Positions 51,652 to 64,000 of a DNA stretch of 64,000 nucleotides are shown piece by piece (the first letter of the stretch is position 1; each line of letters opens with the position of its first letter). The notes under the pieces were generated by a model, which had not been told where the DNA came from, ran no database searches, and worked only from the letters and a program-made list of their open reading frames with translations. The stretch is from assembly GCA_010909165.1 (NCBI GenBank), contig VJWM01000186.1, positions 310,001 to 374,000 of the forward strand, given 5' to 3'. The DNA comes from Anthoceros angustus (lineage: Eukaryota > Plantae > Anthocerotophyta). A program made the translations under genes and the position numbers.

Positions 51652-54600
51652 TGGCGGCACCTTCTCATTCCCTCTTGTTCCCCTAACTCCTCTTAGGATA
51701 GAATTTAAGGATAAGGATAGATTTAATGGGTCCGATTACACCATATGGGCAATGAGAGTGTCAGATTTTAGAAGAAAGCGAATTGATGGGGTTGTAGATG
51801 GTCGAACTGCTCGCTCCAGAGGGGCCACGATGTCGTTTTGGATTGGCAACGAAAGAAGACGTGCAAGAACTATTATTATTTCCGCTCTAGATCGGAACAT
51901 GATGACACACACTTTGGGTGCGCCACTTCGATGTGTGGAATAACTTTAAGATGATTTATAAGGACGAGCTCGGCTTCCCTTGTTCAAGCATTCGGATTTT
52001 TCAGCCTCCGCATGAAAGATAACGAGCCCGTGGAGTCTTATATTAACGGTTTCGCACTTGTCGTGCTAACCTTTCATATTGTGGAATGATTTGATGAAGT
52101 TCAGCCGCCACCTACTTGCAACCCTACCAAGCATATCAATCTTTTGTAAGCGCCGCAGTGCCATTATCGAGCGGCAGTCAATCAGCGATTGCAGTGCAAC
52201 TCGCTATTACACTTGAGGTGTTTGGAGCTCTTCTAGCGGAGGAGAGGACTCGTGGCCTTAATAAGATGAAGGCCAGCTCAAGTGGTCAATCAAACTCGAG
52301 AATTTTGTTCACTTCTCGGCGAGGGGCTTTCGAGGGCGTGGGCGTGGCTTCCCCAATCAGAATTTTCAGCGTTCCACATATAATCCTAATTTTCTGCAGC
52401 AGCACCAAAGCAGAAATATGACTTGCCATTGGTGCAAGATACCCGGCCATATTGAGAAGAATTGCCGGAAGAAAAGGGCTGGTGAGCCTTGTCGAAATGT
52501 AAGTCTTCCTGAATCAAACCTCACAACCACAAAGGCTAAGTCTTCCACAATCTTAGTTGTTTTGTCTTTCATTCATTCTCAAGTAGAAACTTGGTTTTAG
52601 ATTCGGAGCTACCATCATATTTGTTTTGTGACACTCATTTAAAACTTTCTCACCCACATATGATGCCAATCGGTTTGTGCTTTTGGGTGATGATAGTGGG
52701 CTTTCCATCAAGGGCTCGGGCTCGTGGTCATACAACTCCCGGATGAGTCTTCACTCACACTTTCGGTGTTTTATTTGTTCCTTCTATGACCAAAAATTTG
52801 ATGTCGGTGCTTAAGTTGTCACAAGAACACTCTTGCCGAGTCTGCTTGATCAAACTGCTGTGTAACGCATGTTCCATCAAGCCATGACCTTTTCAGGCAC
52901 CCCTTTTCATGATTTGTATTTATTAGATGTCAAATCCATAGTGCAACCTCAACCCACTCGATCATGTGCCATTCAAACAAGCTTCAATGCACCTTTGGCA
53001 TTGTCGTCTTGCCCACGTAAATTTCAGCGTCTAGCATCTCTTACGAAGGGTGATAGCTTTAGAGATCCACTTACCTATGTCCCTTCCGTCACCCTTTTGT
53101 GACTCTGTCGACAGTAAAGCATTTCTAAGCCATATACGGATCTCCACTCAACAAGGGCCTCGCCTTTTGGATACTATTCATAGTGATATTTGTGGCCCTA
53201 TGTCCACCAGCTCATTTGGAGGAGCTGCTTATTTTATTACATTCATAGATGAATGGAGCCGCTATTGTATTGTTTATGTGTTAAGAAATAAAAGCGAGGC
53301 TTTTATGTGTTTTCAAACCTATGTGCGGTTGGCATCCCGCAACAGTCACAAGGTTAAAATTTTCTGTGATGACAATGGCGAATACATCGCAATGCTTTTG
53401 AATTTTGCTCTTTGGAAGGGATACAACACCACTCAGTCAGTACTCTCGCCGAACTCCTTTCTTTGAGAGGAAAACCGGACACGCAAGAGGCTACTTTGGC
53501 CTCTCTTACTTTTGCCAGCCTCTCGTGGATATTGAGGCATTGATGGCTGCAAATTATGTTCTCAACCGACGCCTACTAAGGAGCTTGGATTGACAACTCC
53601 TTATGAGAGATGGACTAGAAAGAAGCCCCGTATAGGGCATCTACGCATTTTTTGATCACCTGCTTATGCTTATGTCCCTACAGCTATTCGTCATAAGTTG
53701 GATTTGAAGGCAGTCCGTAGAATTTTTGTGGGTTACTCCGATGATGTGAAGGGTTACAAGTTGTTTGATCCGATTACACGCCAGGTGACCATTTCCCGCA
53801 GTGTGGTTTTTAACGAAGATATTTTGCTTCGTCAACATGCTGCTCAACTCCCTCCTGGCGCAACTATGCCTCCATCTATATCTGGTGTTTCGGACCCACC
53901 TTCTGACTCTTTTGCGTTTGATGATTCTTGTGTTACTATTTTTGAGGATGACTCCTCTTTGGCTTCAGAGGGGGCTGCTCCTATTACCCCGCTCCAACGG
54001 TTGTAGTTGATGATGTTCACCCGCACATCCAGGTGGCTAATGACACTTGTGCTTGATCCGGCCAGATGGCGTTAATGAAGCCAATGAAGAGCCTCCTCAA
54101 GTACTACGCGTTCCACTGACACCGTCCTCCAAGGTCGAGTGGAAAGAGCCTCCATATGTCGCAGTATTCTTTGTAGAGGAATCCTTTTCCACCTCCTTAT
54201 GTTTTTAGTGTTGTAGAATCATTAGGTGAACCGCCACCTATAGAGAAGCAATTGAAGGGCCTGAAGCTTCCTTTTGGCAAAAGGCTATTGAGTCGAATAT
54301 CAATCTCTCATTTCTAACAAAACTTGGGTTCTCGTTGATCTCCCTCCGGTCGCAAACCGCTTGCTTGTAAGTGGGTCTTCAAGAAGAAACTTAATCGATG
54401 GTAGTGTTGGTAGGTATAAGGCTCGCCTCGTGGCAAAGGGTTATAGTCAAGTAGCGGGACTAGACTACAATGAAACATTTGCCCAGTTGTTAAGTCTACT
54501 TCCATAAGAATACTCTTGGCCCTTGCTGCTCACTACAATCTCCTCGTACATCGCTTAGACGTAAAAGCGCTTTTCTTAATGGCACCTTAGATGAGGTCAT

Positions 54601-55759
54601 CTACATGGCCCAACCGGAAGGTTTTATTATAGACCCTAATAAAGTGTGTCACTTTTAAAACACTTTATGGTCTTAAACGATCCTCCGTGCATGGAATGAA
54701 GTGTTTCATGCATTGCTCATAGAATTGGGTTTCACATGTTTGACGATAGCGATATATATATTTTATGGGATGGAAATGATTTTATCATTTTAACTGTTTA
54801 TGTGGATGACAATATTTTATTTAGCACGTCACCAACTCTTATGGCAAGAATAAAAGCAGTTCTTTTGGCAAGATTTGATATGACTGATTTGGGGCAGTTA
54901 TCATTTTCTCTTGGTGTTCAATTTCATTTTAGCACCCGTGATAATACTATTGATATTCATCAAGAGCATTTTGTACATCAACTACTTAAGAGATTCAAGA
55001 TGGAGGATGCACGACCAGTCAGCACACCTATGTCTATAGGTGAAAAGCTATCTAAGGAACAATGCCCAACAACAAGAAGAAAAGGTTGAGATGGCACTCA
55101 AGCCTTATCGACAAGTTGGTTGTTTAATTTATCTATCGTTGGACTAGATTAGACATTACACGCGATTAGTAATGTTAGTCAATTTTAGAGAACCGGCTTG
55201 CCACATTGGGCTGCGTGAAGAGGATTTTAGGTACCTCAAAGGAACAACGCAAAGGTTTACGTTTTCTAAGCAATCGGATGGTTTGCGCTTATGTCCTTTT
55301 GTGATGCGATTGGGCTGGAGACCCGGACACTAGGCGTAGTGTAGCAGCCCTCTTGCGTTTTAGGTGGATCGTTATTTCTTGGTCTAGTAAAAGCTCACCA
55401 CTATTTGTCTCTCCTCTACAGGCGAATATGGTGCTATGACACAAAGCTAGAGAGGTTATTTGGATTCGATCTTTCTTATGTGGACTTAAGCGCTTCATGA
55501 AGGACCAACTCGGCTTGGTGCGACAATCGATCGACCATTGCTTTATCGAAGAATCCGGTTTTCATGCTAGGAGCAAGCATATTGAGATTGCTCATCATTT
55601 TATAAGACAAGCAGCGTAAAGAGGTAAAAGTGGACTATGTTGATACTTGAGAATGTGGCTGATCTTTTGACCAAAGCTTTGCCAAAGCTAGTACATGAGA
55701 AGCATACTTTGGCGGTGGGCTACAAACTATACTGCAGTGAACAAAGCGAGACTCATTAG
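51652..55759 (+). pseudogene. Copia 3 gag-pol, frameshifted
   Basis: CHWCKIPGH, DSGATHHIC-like PR, HSDICGP, VYVDD, DADWAGD, RSKHIEI. Confidence 0.9.
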
Positions 55760-57965
55760 GTTGATTCTCACCTTTATTTGGCTTGGTGATTGGATGAAGC
55801 CTTATTGTTTATTTCACACTTGTCAAAACTCTTTTCCTGTTTATACAAGCGTGGGAGTACACTTCTAGTGAAGTTCATCTTCAAGATATTTTCAAGCTTA
55901 TTAATTAACTCCTAATTGCAACTAAGTGGGAGTAATGGAATATAGCTTATTTGAACAAAATGTGTTAAAACATAATAGTGATTTAAGTCACAATTAGAAT
56001 TAGGTTTAGTTTTATTATTAGTTAATTAATAACCGTCAATAATCAATAACAATAATCAATAACGCTTTTTGTATAAGACACCTTTTCGTGCATTAGTTGA
56101 ATATCTTACAATCCCAACTCTGTCTCCTTGCTTTCTTCTTGCACGATCATCACGCATTGCACACATGCGATCCTAGGCCACAAATTCTTTATACCTAGCT
56201 ACTCAAGCCGTATATCGTGCAACTATTGACCCAAGAACCCACTACTCTCAAACAAGCCTTCTCATCCACGAAAAGGACTTATGGAAGGCGTGATGGTCGA
56301 ATATGACTCCTTGATCAAGAATTCTACATGGAATCGTCAAACCCCTAAGGGAGGAAGATAGTGACAAGCAAATGGGTATTTAAAATCAAGAGAAAAGGAG
56401 ATGGTTCCATTGAAAGATATAAGGCACGTCTAGTAGCCATAGGCTTTACACAAATTCACGGCCTAGACTACGTACCTTGGGCCACTTATGCCCCAGCCAA
56501 ATTTGCTAGCCTCGAATGATATTTGCCTTATCGATGTCGTGGTTGTTTAATTTATCTATCGTTGGACTAGATTAGACATTACACGCGCAGCTTAGTAATG
56601 TTAGTCAATTTTTAGAGAACCCTGGCTTGCCACATTGGGCTGCAGTGAAGAGGATTTTTAGGTACCTCAAAGGAACAGCACGCAAAGGTTTACGTTTTCT
56701 AAGCAATCAGATGGTTTGCAGCTTATGTCCTTTTGTGATGCTGATTGGGCTGGAGACCCAGACACTAGACGTAGTGTAGCAGCCTACTGTACGTTTTTAG
56801 GTGGATCAGTTATTTCTTGGTCTAGTAAAAAGCTCACCACTATTTGTCTCTCCTCTACCAAGGCGAATATGGTGCTATGACAAGTCGCTAGAGAGGTTAT
56901 TTGGATTCGATCTTTCTTATGTGGACTTAAGCGCTTCATGAAGGACCAACTCGCTTTGGTGCGACAATCACCACCCATTGCTTTATCGAAGAATCCGGTT
57001 TTCATGCTAGGAGCAAGCATATTGAGATTGCTCATCATTTTATAAGACAAGCAGCGTAAAGAGGTAAAAGTGGACTATGTTGATACTCAGAATGTGGCTG
57101 ATCTTTTGACCAAAGCTTTGCCAAAGCTAGTACATGAGAAGCATACTTTGGCTGGCTACAAACTATACCGCAGTGAACAAAGGAAAGACTCATTAGGTTG
57201 ATTCTCACCTTTATTTGGCTTGGTGATTGGATGAAGCCTTATTGTTTATTTCACACTTGTCAAAACTCTTTTCCTGTTTATACAAGGGAGTACACTTCCT
57301 AGTGAAGTTCATCTTCAAGATATTTTATTAATTAACTCCTAATTGCAACTAAGTGGGAGTAATGGAATATAGCTTATTTGAACAAAATGTGTTAAAACAT
57401 AATAGTGATTTAAGTCACAATTAGAATTAGGTTTAGTTTTATTATTAGTTAATTAATAACTAATAACACAATCAATAACCGTCAATAATAACCGCTTTTT
57501 GTATAAGACACCTTTTCGTGCATTAGTTGAATATCTTACAATCCCAACTTGTCTCTCCTTGCTTTCTTGCACGATCATCACGCATTGCACACATGCGATC
57601 CTAGGCCACAAATTCTTTATACCTAGCTACTCAAGCCGATATCGTGCAACTATTGACCCAAGAACCCACTACTCTCAAACAAGCCTTCTCATCCTCGAAA
57701 AGGACTTATGGAAGGCGCAGAGATTCTGAATATGACTCCTTGATCAAGAATTCTACATGGAATCGTCAAACCCCTAAGGGAGGAAGATAGTGACAAGCAA
57801 ATGGGTATTTAAAATCAAGAGAAAAGGAGATGGTTCCATTGAAAGATATAAGGCACGTTTAGTAGCCATAGGCTTTACACAAATTCCTGGCCTAGACTAC
57901 GTACCTTGGGCCACTTATGCCCCTGTAGCCAAATTTGCTAGCCTCCGAATGATATTTGCCTTATC
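55102..57965. repeat. ~1.43-kb tandem duplication creating a third copia 3 LTR (57360-57619)
   Basis: Anchor GCCTTATC at 55102, 56525 and 57958. The TSD and host flank are duplicated too. Confidence 0.92.
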
Positions 57966-59222
57966 TGCCCAATATGATCTTGAACTCCATATGATGGATG
58001 TAAAGACAGCATATTTACATGGGCATCTACAAGAAGAAATATACATGAAACAACCTGAGGGTTATGAGGTTAAAGGCAAAGAAGATTTGGTGTGTAAGCT
58101 TATTAAATGTATCTACGGATTGAAGCAATCCGGTGAGGAATGGAACAATAATACATATTAAGCTTATTAAACGAGGTTTTAGACAAGCAAGGCGATTCTT
58201 GCATGTATATCTTAATCTCGGAAAGAGATAATTTACCTCTTACTCTCGTCGATGACGTGTTGTAACTTCTCTTCATCCTCTCTCCTAGCCGAGATTAAAG
58301 CTTGGTTAAGAAGTCATTTTGAAATGACCGATCTTGGAGAGTGACTTACGCATGGTGTTAATATTATGAGAGATAGAAGCCGTAAGACTTTAAGCGTTTT
58401 TCAAACAAAATATATTAAGGAAAGCTTAATCAAATTTGGATAAGAAGACGCTAAACCTGCTCCCACTCCTTTTGCAAGTGGGATACGACTCACGTTGGAA
58501 ATGAGTCCTAAAACAGATGCAGACAAGTTACAGGTGTCAGCAGTTCCTTATCGACATGCTGTTGGCACACTTATATATTTGAGCAACTTCACTAGGCCTG
58601 ACACAGCTTTTGAAGTTAGTGCTTGTTCACAATTTTTGGAGAATCCTGGTCGTGAACATTGGGCATCTGTCAAACGTATATTTAGGTACCTTAAGGGTAC
58701 AATGAATACAGGATTAGTTTATCAACATACACCAAGTATGAACAAACCAATATTAACGGCATATCGATGCCGACTATGCTGGTGATCCCGACACACGATC
58801 GATCGGCTATGTACTTATGCTATGCAAAGCTCCCATATCATGGTCAAGTAAGAAACAAACGACCATTGCCCTTTCAAGCACCGAGTCGAGTATAGAGTAC
58901 TAACCTCGGTTGCCAAGGATATTGTATGGAGTAGGTTAGCCTTAAGTGAGCTCAATCACACACAAGACAACCCTACACCTCTATACGTTGATAGTCAAGG
59001 AGCCATAGCATTAGCCGAAATCGCTTTTCCATTCTAGGACTAAACACATAGTCGCCGAATACCATTACATTAGAGAAATGTTGGGAAATAAAACTATTGA
59101 TATTAGTTATATTCAAACTCGGGATAACGCACTGATTTATTCACAAAGTCCCTTGGTCGGAATTACATATTAAACATATGAAGACCTTAGGTATATTAGA
59201 TACCAAGTCAATACCAACCTAA
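57620..59222 (+). pseudogene. Copia 2 RT-RNase H
   Basis: RYKARLVA, HMMDVKTAYLHG, YGLKQS, PYRHAVG, RTKHI. Confidence 0.92.
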
Positions 59223-60959
59223 CCAAGAAGATCGTACTATCTCGATTAAGTTAACCTTATTCTTCAAGCCCATTTCTTAACTACATATTCCATTTCCTCT
59301 TCAATTTCTAAACGGTCTTCGTAGTATTCCCCAGCATCCTTGCTAAGTGCCCAAGCATCCTAAACCATAGTGCAAGAAGGGTCAAAATAATATTTCTTTA
59401 TTATAACTTTTGCTTATTGAGAACACTTACTATAGATGTGCTTAGTGTGTCCTCGAACTCCTTACAGTGGAACCTAGTCACACCATGTGGATTCCGTAAT
59501 TTGGTACACATATTCAACTGGAGGGTTAGAAGCCGCATAATCTCCTGTGGCACACTATGTAAGTGGTAGTGGTCAATCCACCTTGAGTACGCTAGCTTGG
59601 ACTTCCTTGCAATATAGCTTGGACTCGCGCTTAATGGGGTGGATCACAAGTCTTAGGAGACTTGCCCTTGCATAAATTTTCTTCAAGAAACTGTATCAAT
59701 TTCGGTGAATCGTCGAGTGGAACATTTCAGCACGTATGAGCATATATGGGCATGAAAGTTGGTTCCTACCTTTGCTATTAGATTCTTCATGAAGGTTATC
59801 AGCTATATTTTTCAGTCGACGATGATATCTCGATTACACCAACGTGCACTGCAGTAGGTGTGTTGTGATGAAGATCAATTGCTGGCATTCCACTGCCATT
59901 CGCGATTCAACCCATGTTTTCATATACAGAAGTTCAGAAAATTTGAGGCTTCACCATCTGCTGAGGTTCCAATTCTGTCACAGCTGTTGTTGTTTCCAAT
60001 GGTATAGTCATGGCGGCCATCTTCCACAGCTACGATGCCGTCGTGCCTTCTGCTTGACCTTATGATATGTGAATTTCCAGCCACTTTAGGAAATGATGGA
60101 TATCTCATGATTGCATCGGCAATCACGCTTATTCTTCCTTGTGGTGCGGCAGACCATCCGACCGCCGCAATGCCGTTGTGGTATGAAATTGTGGTCCGCA
60201 ATGGAAGGAATCCTCCCCAACGGGAGGTGTTGTAGGAGGTCGGAGGATCTTTTGCAAATTCAGCCTTCCGGATGCGTTTCCCGCCATGGATGTCCTGTGA
60301 GCACAGCCTAAGGGCGCCTGTTTGGAGGGAGAACACAAGCATAATGGCCGCAATGGCCGCAATGCAGGAAGGTATGAAGACGAGGTATCGCAATCAAGCC
60401 CCACACATGCGAAACGCCACTTTTGCCGCAGAGAACTCTAGGCTGGCGCCCCTCGGAAATGGTCGACAGCAGGAAAAATCGGCTGGCGGGCACTGCACGT
60501 GGCGCCGAGCTGGCTCCGCCGCCCGCCATAGCTGCACGCGAGCTGCGGCTCCCAATGGTGGCGCGAACCGCCAAGCCCGTCCGTTAAGTTTTCTTTTCGG
60601 CATTTTCATTTTAAAAATATTTTCCTATTTTCTTATATAGGTTATTTCCTTTATGTTTTTAAATTAATTTTGCTTAAGGTCTAGTCTTCAGTTTTAGGCC
60701 TATTTTGGCTCATTTTGAAGCTAGAAAAATCCTCTATTTTGTCACCCCTAGTTCACAGTGAGTGGGAGTGATGAAATATATTAGGTATAGGGCACTATTT
60801 ACTAGGGCACCTTTACTTACAGGGCAGCTAACAGAGCCGAATGCAGATGAAAGGGAGAGAGCCATGGGATTCCAAACTGGAACCACCAAGCCAGACGTCG
60901 GCAATTGTTGGGGCGCGCCATGGACCTGCGATGCTTGACCTGGTTGGTCTGTACATGCA

Positions 60960-62060
60960 TTGCATTTCAGGTTTTCTTTCGTCCACGACCTGCTGCACCA
61001 GGCATTCCCTGGGTCCATGCAGATTCAATGCATCTTCCCGGGCATGCACGCACTCCTCCTTGTGCCAACTGGGAGAGCTCCACAGAGGCTACTCAAAGAA
61101 ATTTTGTCAATGGGAGCGACTAATGACCCATCCATGGCTGCAAAGGGTGCAGCCGTCAATGCTGCCACTCACTCATGGACATTTGGGGATAATTTGACTG
61201 CTGCTGAGAAGAAACGCATTCATGGGCTCATTCTTCAGTACCAAGATGTGTTTGCATTCTCAATGAAAGATTTGGGTAGGTGCAATGTTCAGCAGTTTCG
61301 TATCAAGGTGGAGAGCACGGAGCCAATTTGGAAGCGCAGGCATCGGCTAAGTCCTAGAGAATGGGACATAGTGGATAAGAGGTGTAAAGAACTACAGGAT
61401 GCAGGACTGATTCAGCCCTCTTCCTCGCCATATGCCGCAGCCACAATCCTACCAGCGAAGAAGGACAGCAACGGATCATGGACCGAGAAGAGGATGTGTG
61501 GGGATTATAGACCTCTTAATGCTGTGACACCACATGATAGATACCCAATGCCCGTTCCAGAGGAGATTTTCAACAGCCTAAAAGGGGCACGGTACTTCTC
61601 CATACTCGACTTGAGGCAGGGCTTCAACCAGATTCTGATGGCTGAAGAGGATCGCCCCAAGACTGCATTTCATGGCAGCCGGCAACTCTGGGAGTGGCTT
61701 GTCATGCCCTTTGGGCTGAAGAACGCTCCAATATGTTTTCAGCGCGTCATGGACATCGTGCTTGCAGGATCTGAAGGGCTGAGGTGTTACATAGATGATG
61801 TGCTCGTTTACAGCGACACATTTGAGGAGCATCTTAAGCATCTGCAGAACTTGTTTGAGCATTTGCGCCGGGCTAACCTTCGGTGTCACCCTAGCAAATG
61901 TGAGTTTGGAATGGATTCTGTTGTGTACTTGGGGCATCGTATTGTACCAGGTGGTATCATGGCTCATAGAGCCAAGGTGGAGTCGATCTTGGCAGTCAAG
62001 GAACCTACTGATCTCAGCACTTTGTGTGCTTTCCTAGGGCTAGCCAATTACTATCTGGTT
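60960..62060 (+). pseudogene. Ty3/gypsy RT fragment (different family), no LTRs seen
   Basis: RMCGDYRPLN, LDLRQGFNQI, MPFGLKNAP, YIDDVL, FLGLANYY, then truncated. Confidence 0.92.
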
Positions 62061-62184
62061 TACTTGTATGAATTCAGCAGGATCGCTCATCTGGAGCAAG
62101 AATCACAAGGAGAAGACCAACCTCCTAACATCCAGCAAGGAGCTCACTTGCTCCACCAGTGAGAGGAAGAGGAGCAGCTGTATG

Positions 62185-62395
62185 GCTTGAAACTGATTGT
62201 TTCAAGCCATACAGTGTTTTGATTAGTTGGCAAACATAATCCTCCTTGCTCTTCACCTCGAAACCGGGAGGCTGCTGCATGTAAATTTTTGTGTCAAGCT
62301 TTCCTTTTAGAAAGGCCGTCTTCACATCAAACATATGTAGCTCAAAATCCTTATAGGTTGACACTGCACTGATAGTTCGCAAAGTTGTGTGACCG
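62185..62395 (-). pseudogene. Copia RT fragment
   Basis: LHMFDVKTAFLKG...MQQPPGF...LYGLKQS. Confidence 0.88.
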
Positions 62396-62396
62396 G

Positions 62397-64000
62397 TGCA
62401 CGCCCGGCTGGCCGTCAGCAAAAGTAGTGCCACAGAACACCAGGCCAAAACTGTGTCATAGAAAGGTTTTGCCCTGCGTACGAACCTACCGAAGCTGATG
62501 TGGCACATATTATACGTGTATTGTATGCAAGTATCCACGGCATCTTTCCGTAGCGTACACCCAAAAAAACAAAGTCACACACACGAAGCCGAGTGACCAG
62601 AACGGTATTCCATACTTCAACGTTGTAATAAAACTTGAACTTGATGGTCCCAACCGGGAAAGGTATGATTCTCGGAAACCCCAGGTAATTCTTTGTGGGG
62701 AAAGAAACTTTTTTGAGCACCACAAAAGTTTTTCACAAAAACCTTTCAACACCACAAAAAAATCTCACAAAAGCCTCTCAACCTACAAACCGTCTCTCCC
62801 ACCGCCGCCAAAGTAGCGTCCTTGGGAACCAGTGGACTCAGTTCAAATTTTTGAAATTCCTCAATAGCATCTTCCGGTGATGCAAGCTAGGGTAACGAGT
62901 AAAGGGTACGCCCAGCTCAACCTCTTACAAACCAACCATGGTCCATGGGCCTCATGTGGAAGTGATCAACCAAACTATGTGACGGTTAACCGTCCTTACT
63001 GGACTTTTATTACAACTCTTCTATGTCTGTGGGCCCATATGTCCCAAGACTGTCCATCTCTGTGCCCAGAGCAAGGTGCAGGAAGAGTCGGATGGTATCA
63101 GCTAGAAACAAAGGACCTCTGCACCCAAATAGCTGAGTACAGAATGCACAAGGTAAATGTCCGGTAGTCTCAGTAATAAAGGAAGTGCAAGCTTCACACT
63201 CCAGCAACCTTCCAACCTGCCTAGGATACTCCCACTCACATTCCAGAGAATCCTGCCTGAGAGTACTTGAGGAACAAGCATGATGACAAGATTTGCGCTG
63301 CTTGACAAAAACTTCTTCCGAAGACATGCTCATCAAAACTTTGTAAGTTTCAGAAAGGTTATAGGAACTCTGTAGAGCCTGCTGATTCAGCTTCTTGTTT
63401 CCACAGGATCCCACTCCACTGAACTCCGCAGTGGGTTGTTCCCACGAAGTTCGATCATGGACCAATACATGGAGGTCATGCTCAGCTCTATGTAAGATGA
63501 AGGAGAAGAAGTCCACAAAGTTCATCCCTGTGACCAGACAGGGAGGACATACTGACGTGCGACATCACTTTCCAGGATCGTAACGGGGCAGTAAACAGAG
63601 ACTTCCTTACCAGAGTTAGCTGCAAGATTCCGCTGACATAGTTCCTCAAAATCGTCAGCAACTGAGCGAATATCTTCAATAGACAAGACAGCCGCCCTGT
63701 AGTCATCCTGAAGAAGAAGCCACTAGCAAGAAACAAGCCAACAATGTAGAAGATTGACGTATTGCTCAACCAAAGAAACCACGGCAGAAACTGGAGAATG
63801 CAATAGGTGCAGAGTGTGTGGGGCACTTACAGCCCAGTGGATGTTGCATGCATTGATCCAGTTGTGATTTACTGATATGGTGTCCTCCTGATACAACATC
63901 ATCATAAGTTGCAAGGCTCCAACAAAATGCCCAGACACTGCAACAGTAACAGTGCTACACTCCAGCCACCAAGATCTTATACTCTACTTTGATGTTTCTT
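62397..64000 (+). mobile_element. Probable LTR/5' region of another gypsy-type element
   Basis: Begins TGCACGCCCGGCTGGCCGTCAG exactly where the copia fragment ends, and matches the rc of 32411-32448. The extent is unknown. Confidence 0.35.

Larger units (their letters stand above)
50128..56191 (+). mobile_element. Ty1/copia element 3, complete, TA...TA LTR termini, TSD TACCT
   Basis: LTRs 50128-50384 and 55933-56191. PBS TGGTATCGAGCC at 50385. PPT AAGTGGGAG. TACCT at 50123-50127 and 56192-56196. Removing it restores host codons GYLAT. Confidence 0.95.
46440..60819 (+). mobile_element. Ty1/copia element 2, near full length, hosting copia 3; 3' LTR truncated
   Basis: LTR TGATG...CATCA 46440-46709. 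PBS TGGTATCGAGC at 46710. gag CNWCRIPNH, PR, INT, RT and RH to 59222. PPT GAGTGGGAG 60760-60768. 3' LTR 60769-60819. Confidence 0.93.

Noticed and set aside
55933-57619. Three-LTR tandem copia produced by LTR recombination
   Set aside because: The duplicated unit includes the TSD and host flank, and starts mid-RT at a GCCTTATC anchor. It is a local duplication.
63010-63525. 171-aa Cys-containing ORF as a zinc-finger gene
   Set aside because: No recognisable motif spacing or supporting exons, and it lies in a probable LTR-element region.

Overview
This is a eukaryotic, almost certainly plant, TE-dense window with no recognisable host gene. A seed-free land plant is my inference. It is a nest of Ty1/copia and Ty3/gypsy LTR retrotransposons, nearly all frameshifted. 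Many frameshifts look like long-read consensus errors at CWG/CG sites. Several 0.2-4 kb tandem duplications, four with clean 8-9 bp anchors, may be assembly artefacts. The standout is a ~9.7-kb DNA transposon (17521-27260) inserted into the 'HMM|DVK' codons of a copia RT. It carries two divergent, intron-containing genes. On + is a Sola1/DUF7869-like DDD transposase. On - is a long gene that fuses a ParB/Srx-like domain to a prokaryotic-type beta-class DNA amino-methyltransferase (N6A/N4C) domain. The element also has GCATGC-centred palindromes in its introns and in a ~145-bp subterminal array. Also present are a complete copia with non-canonical TA...TA LTR ends and a perfect 5-bp TSD, and gypsy elements with extra 3' ORFs. 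All domain calls are motif recognition by eye across frameshifts; no searches were run.
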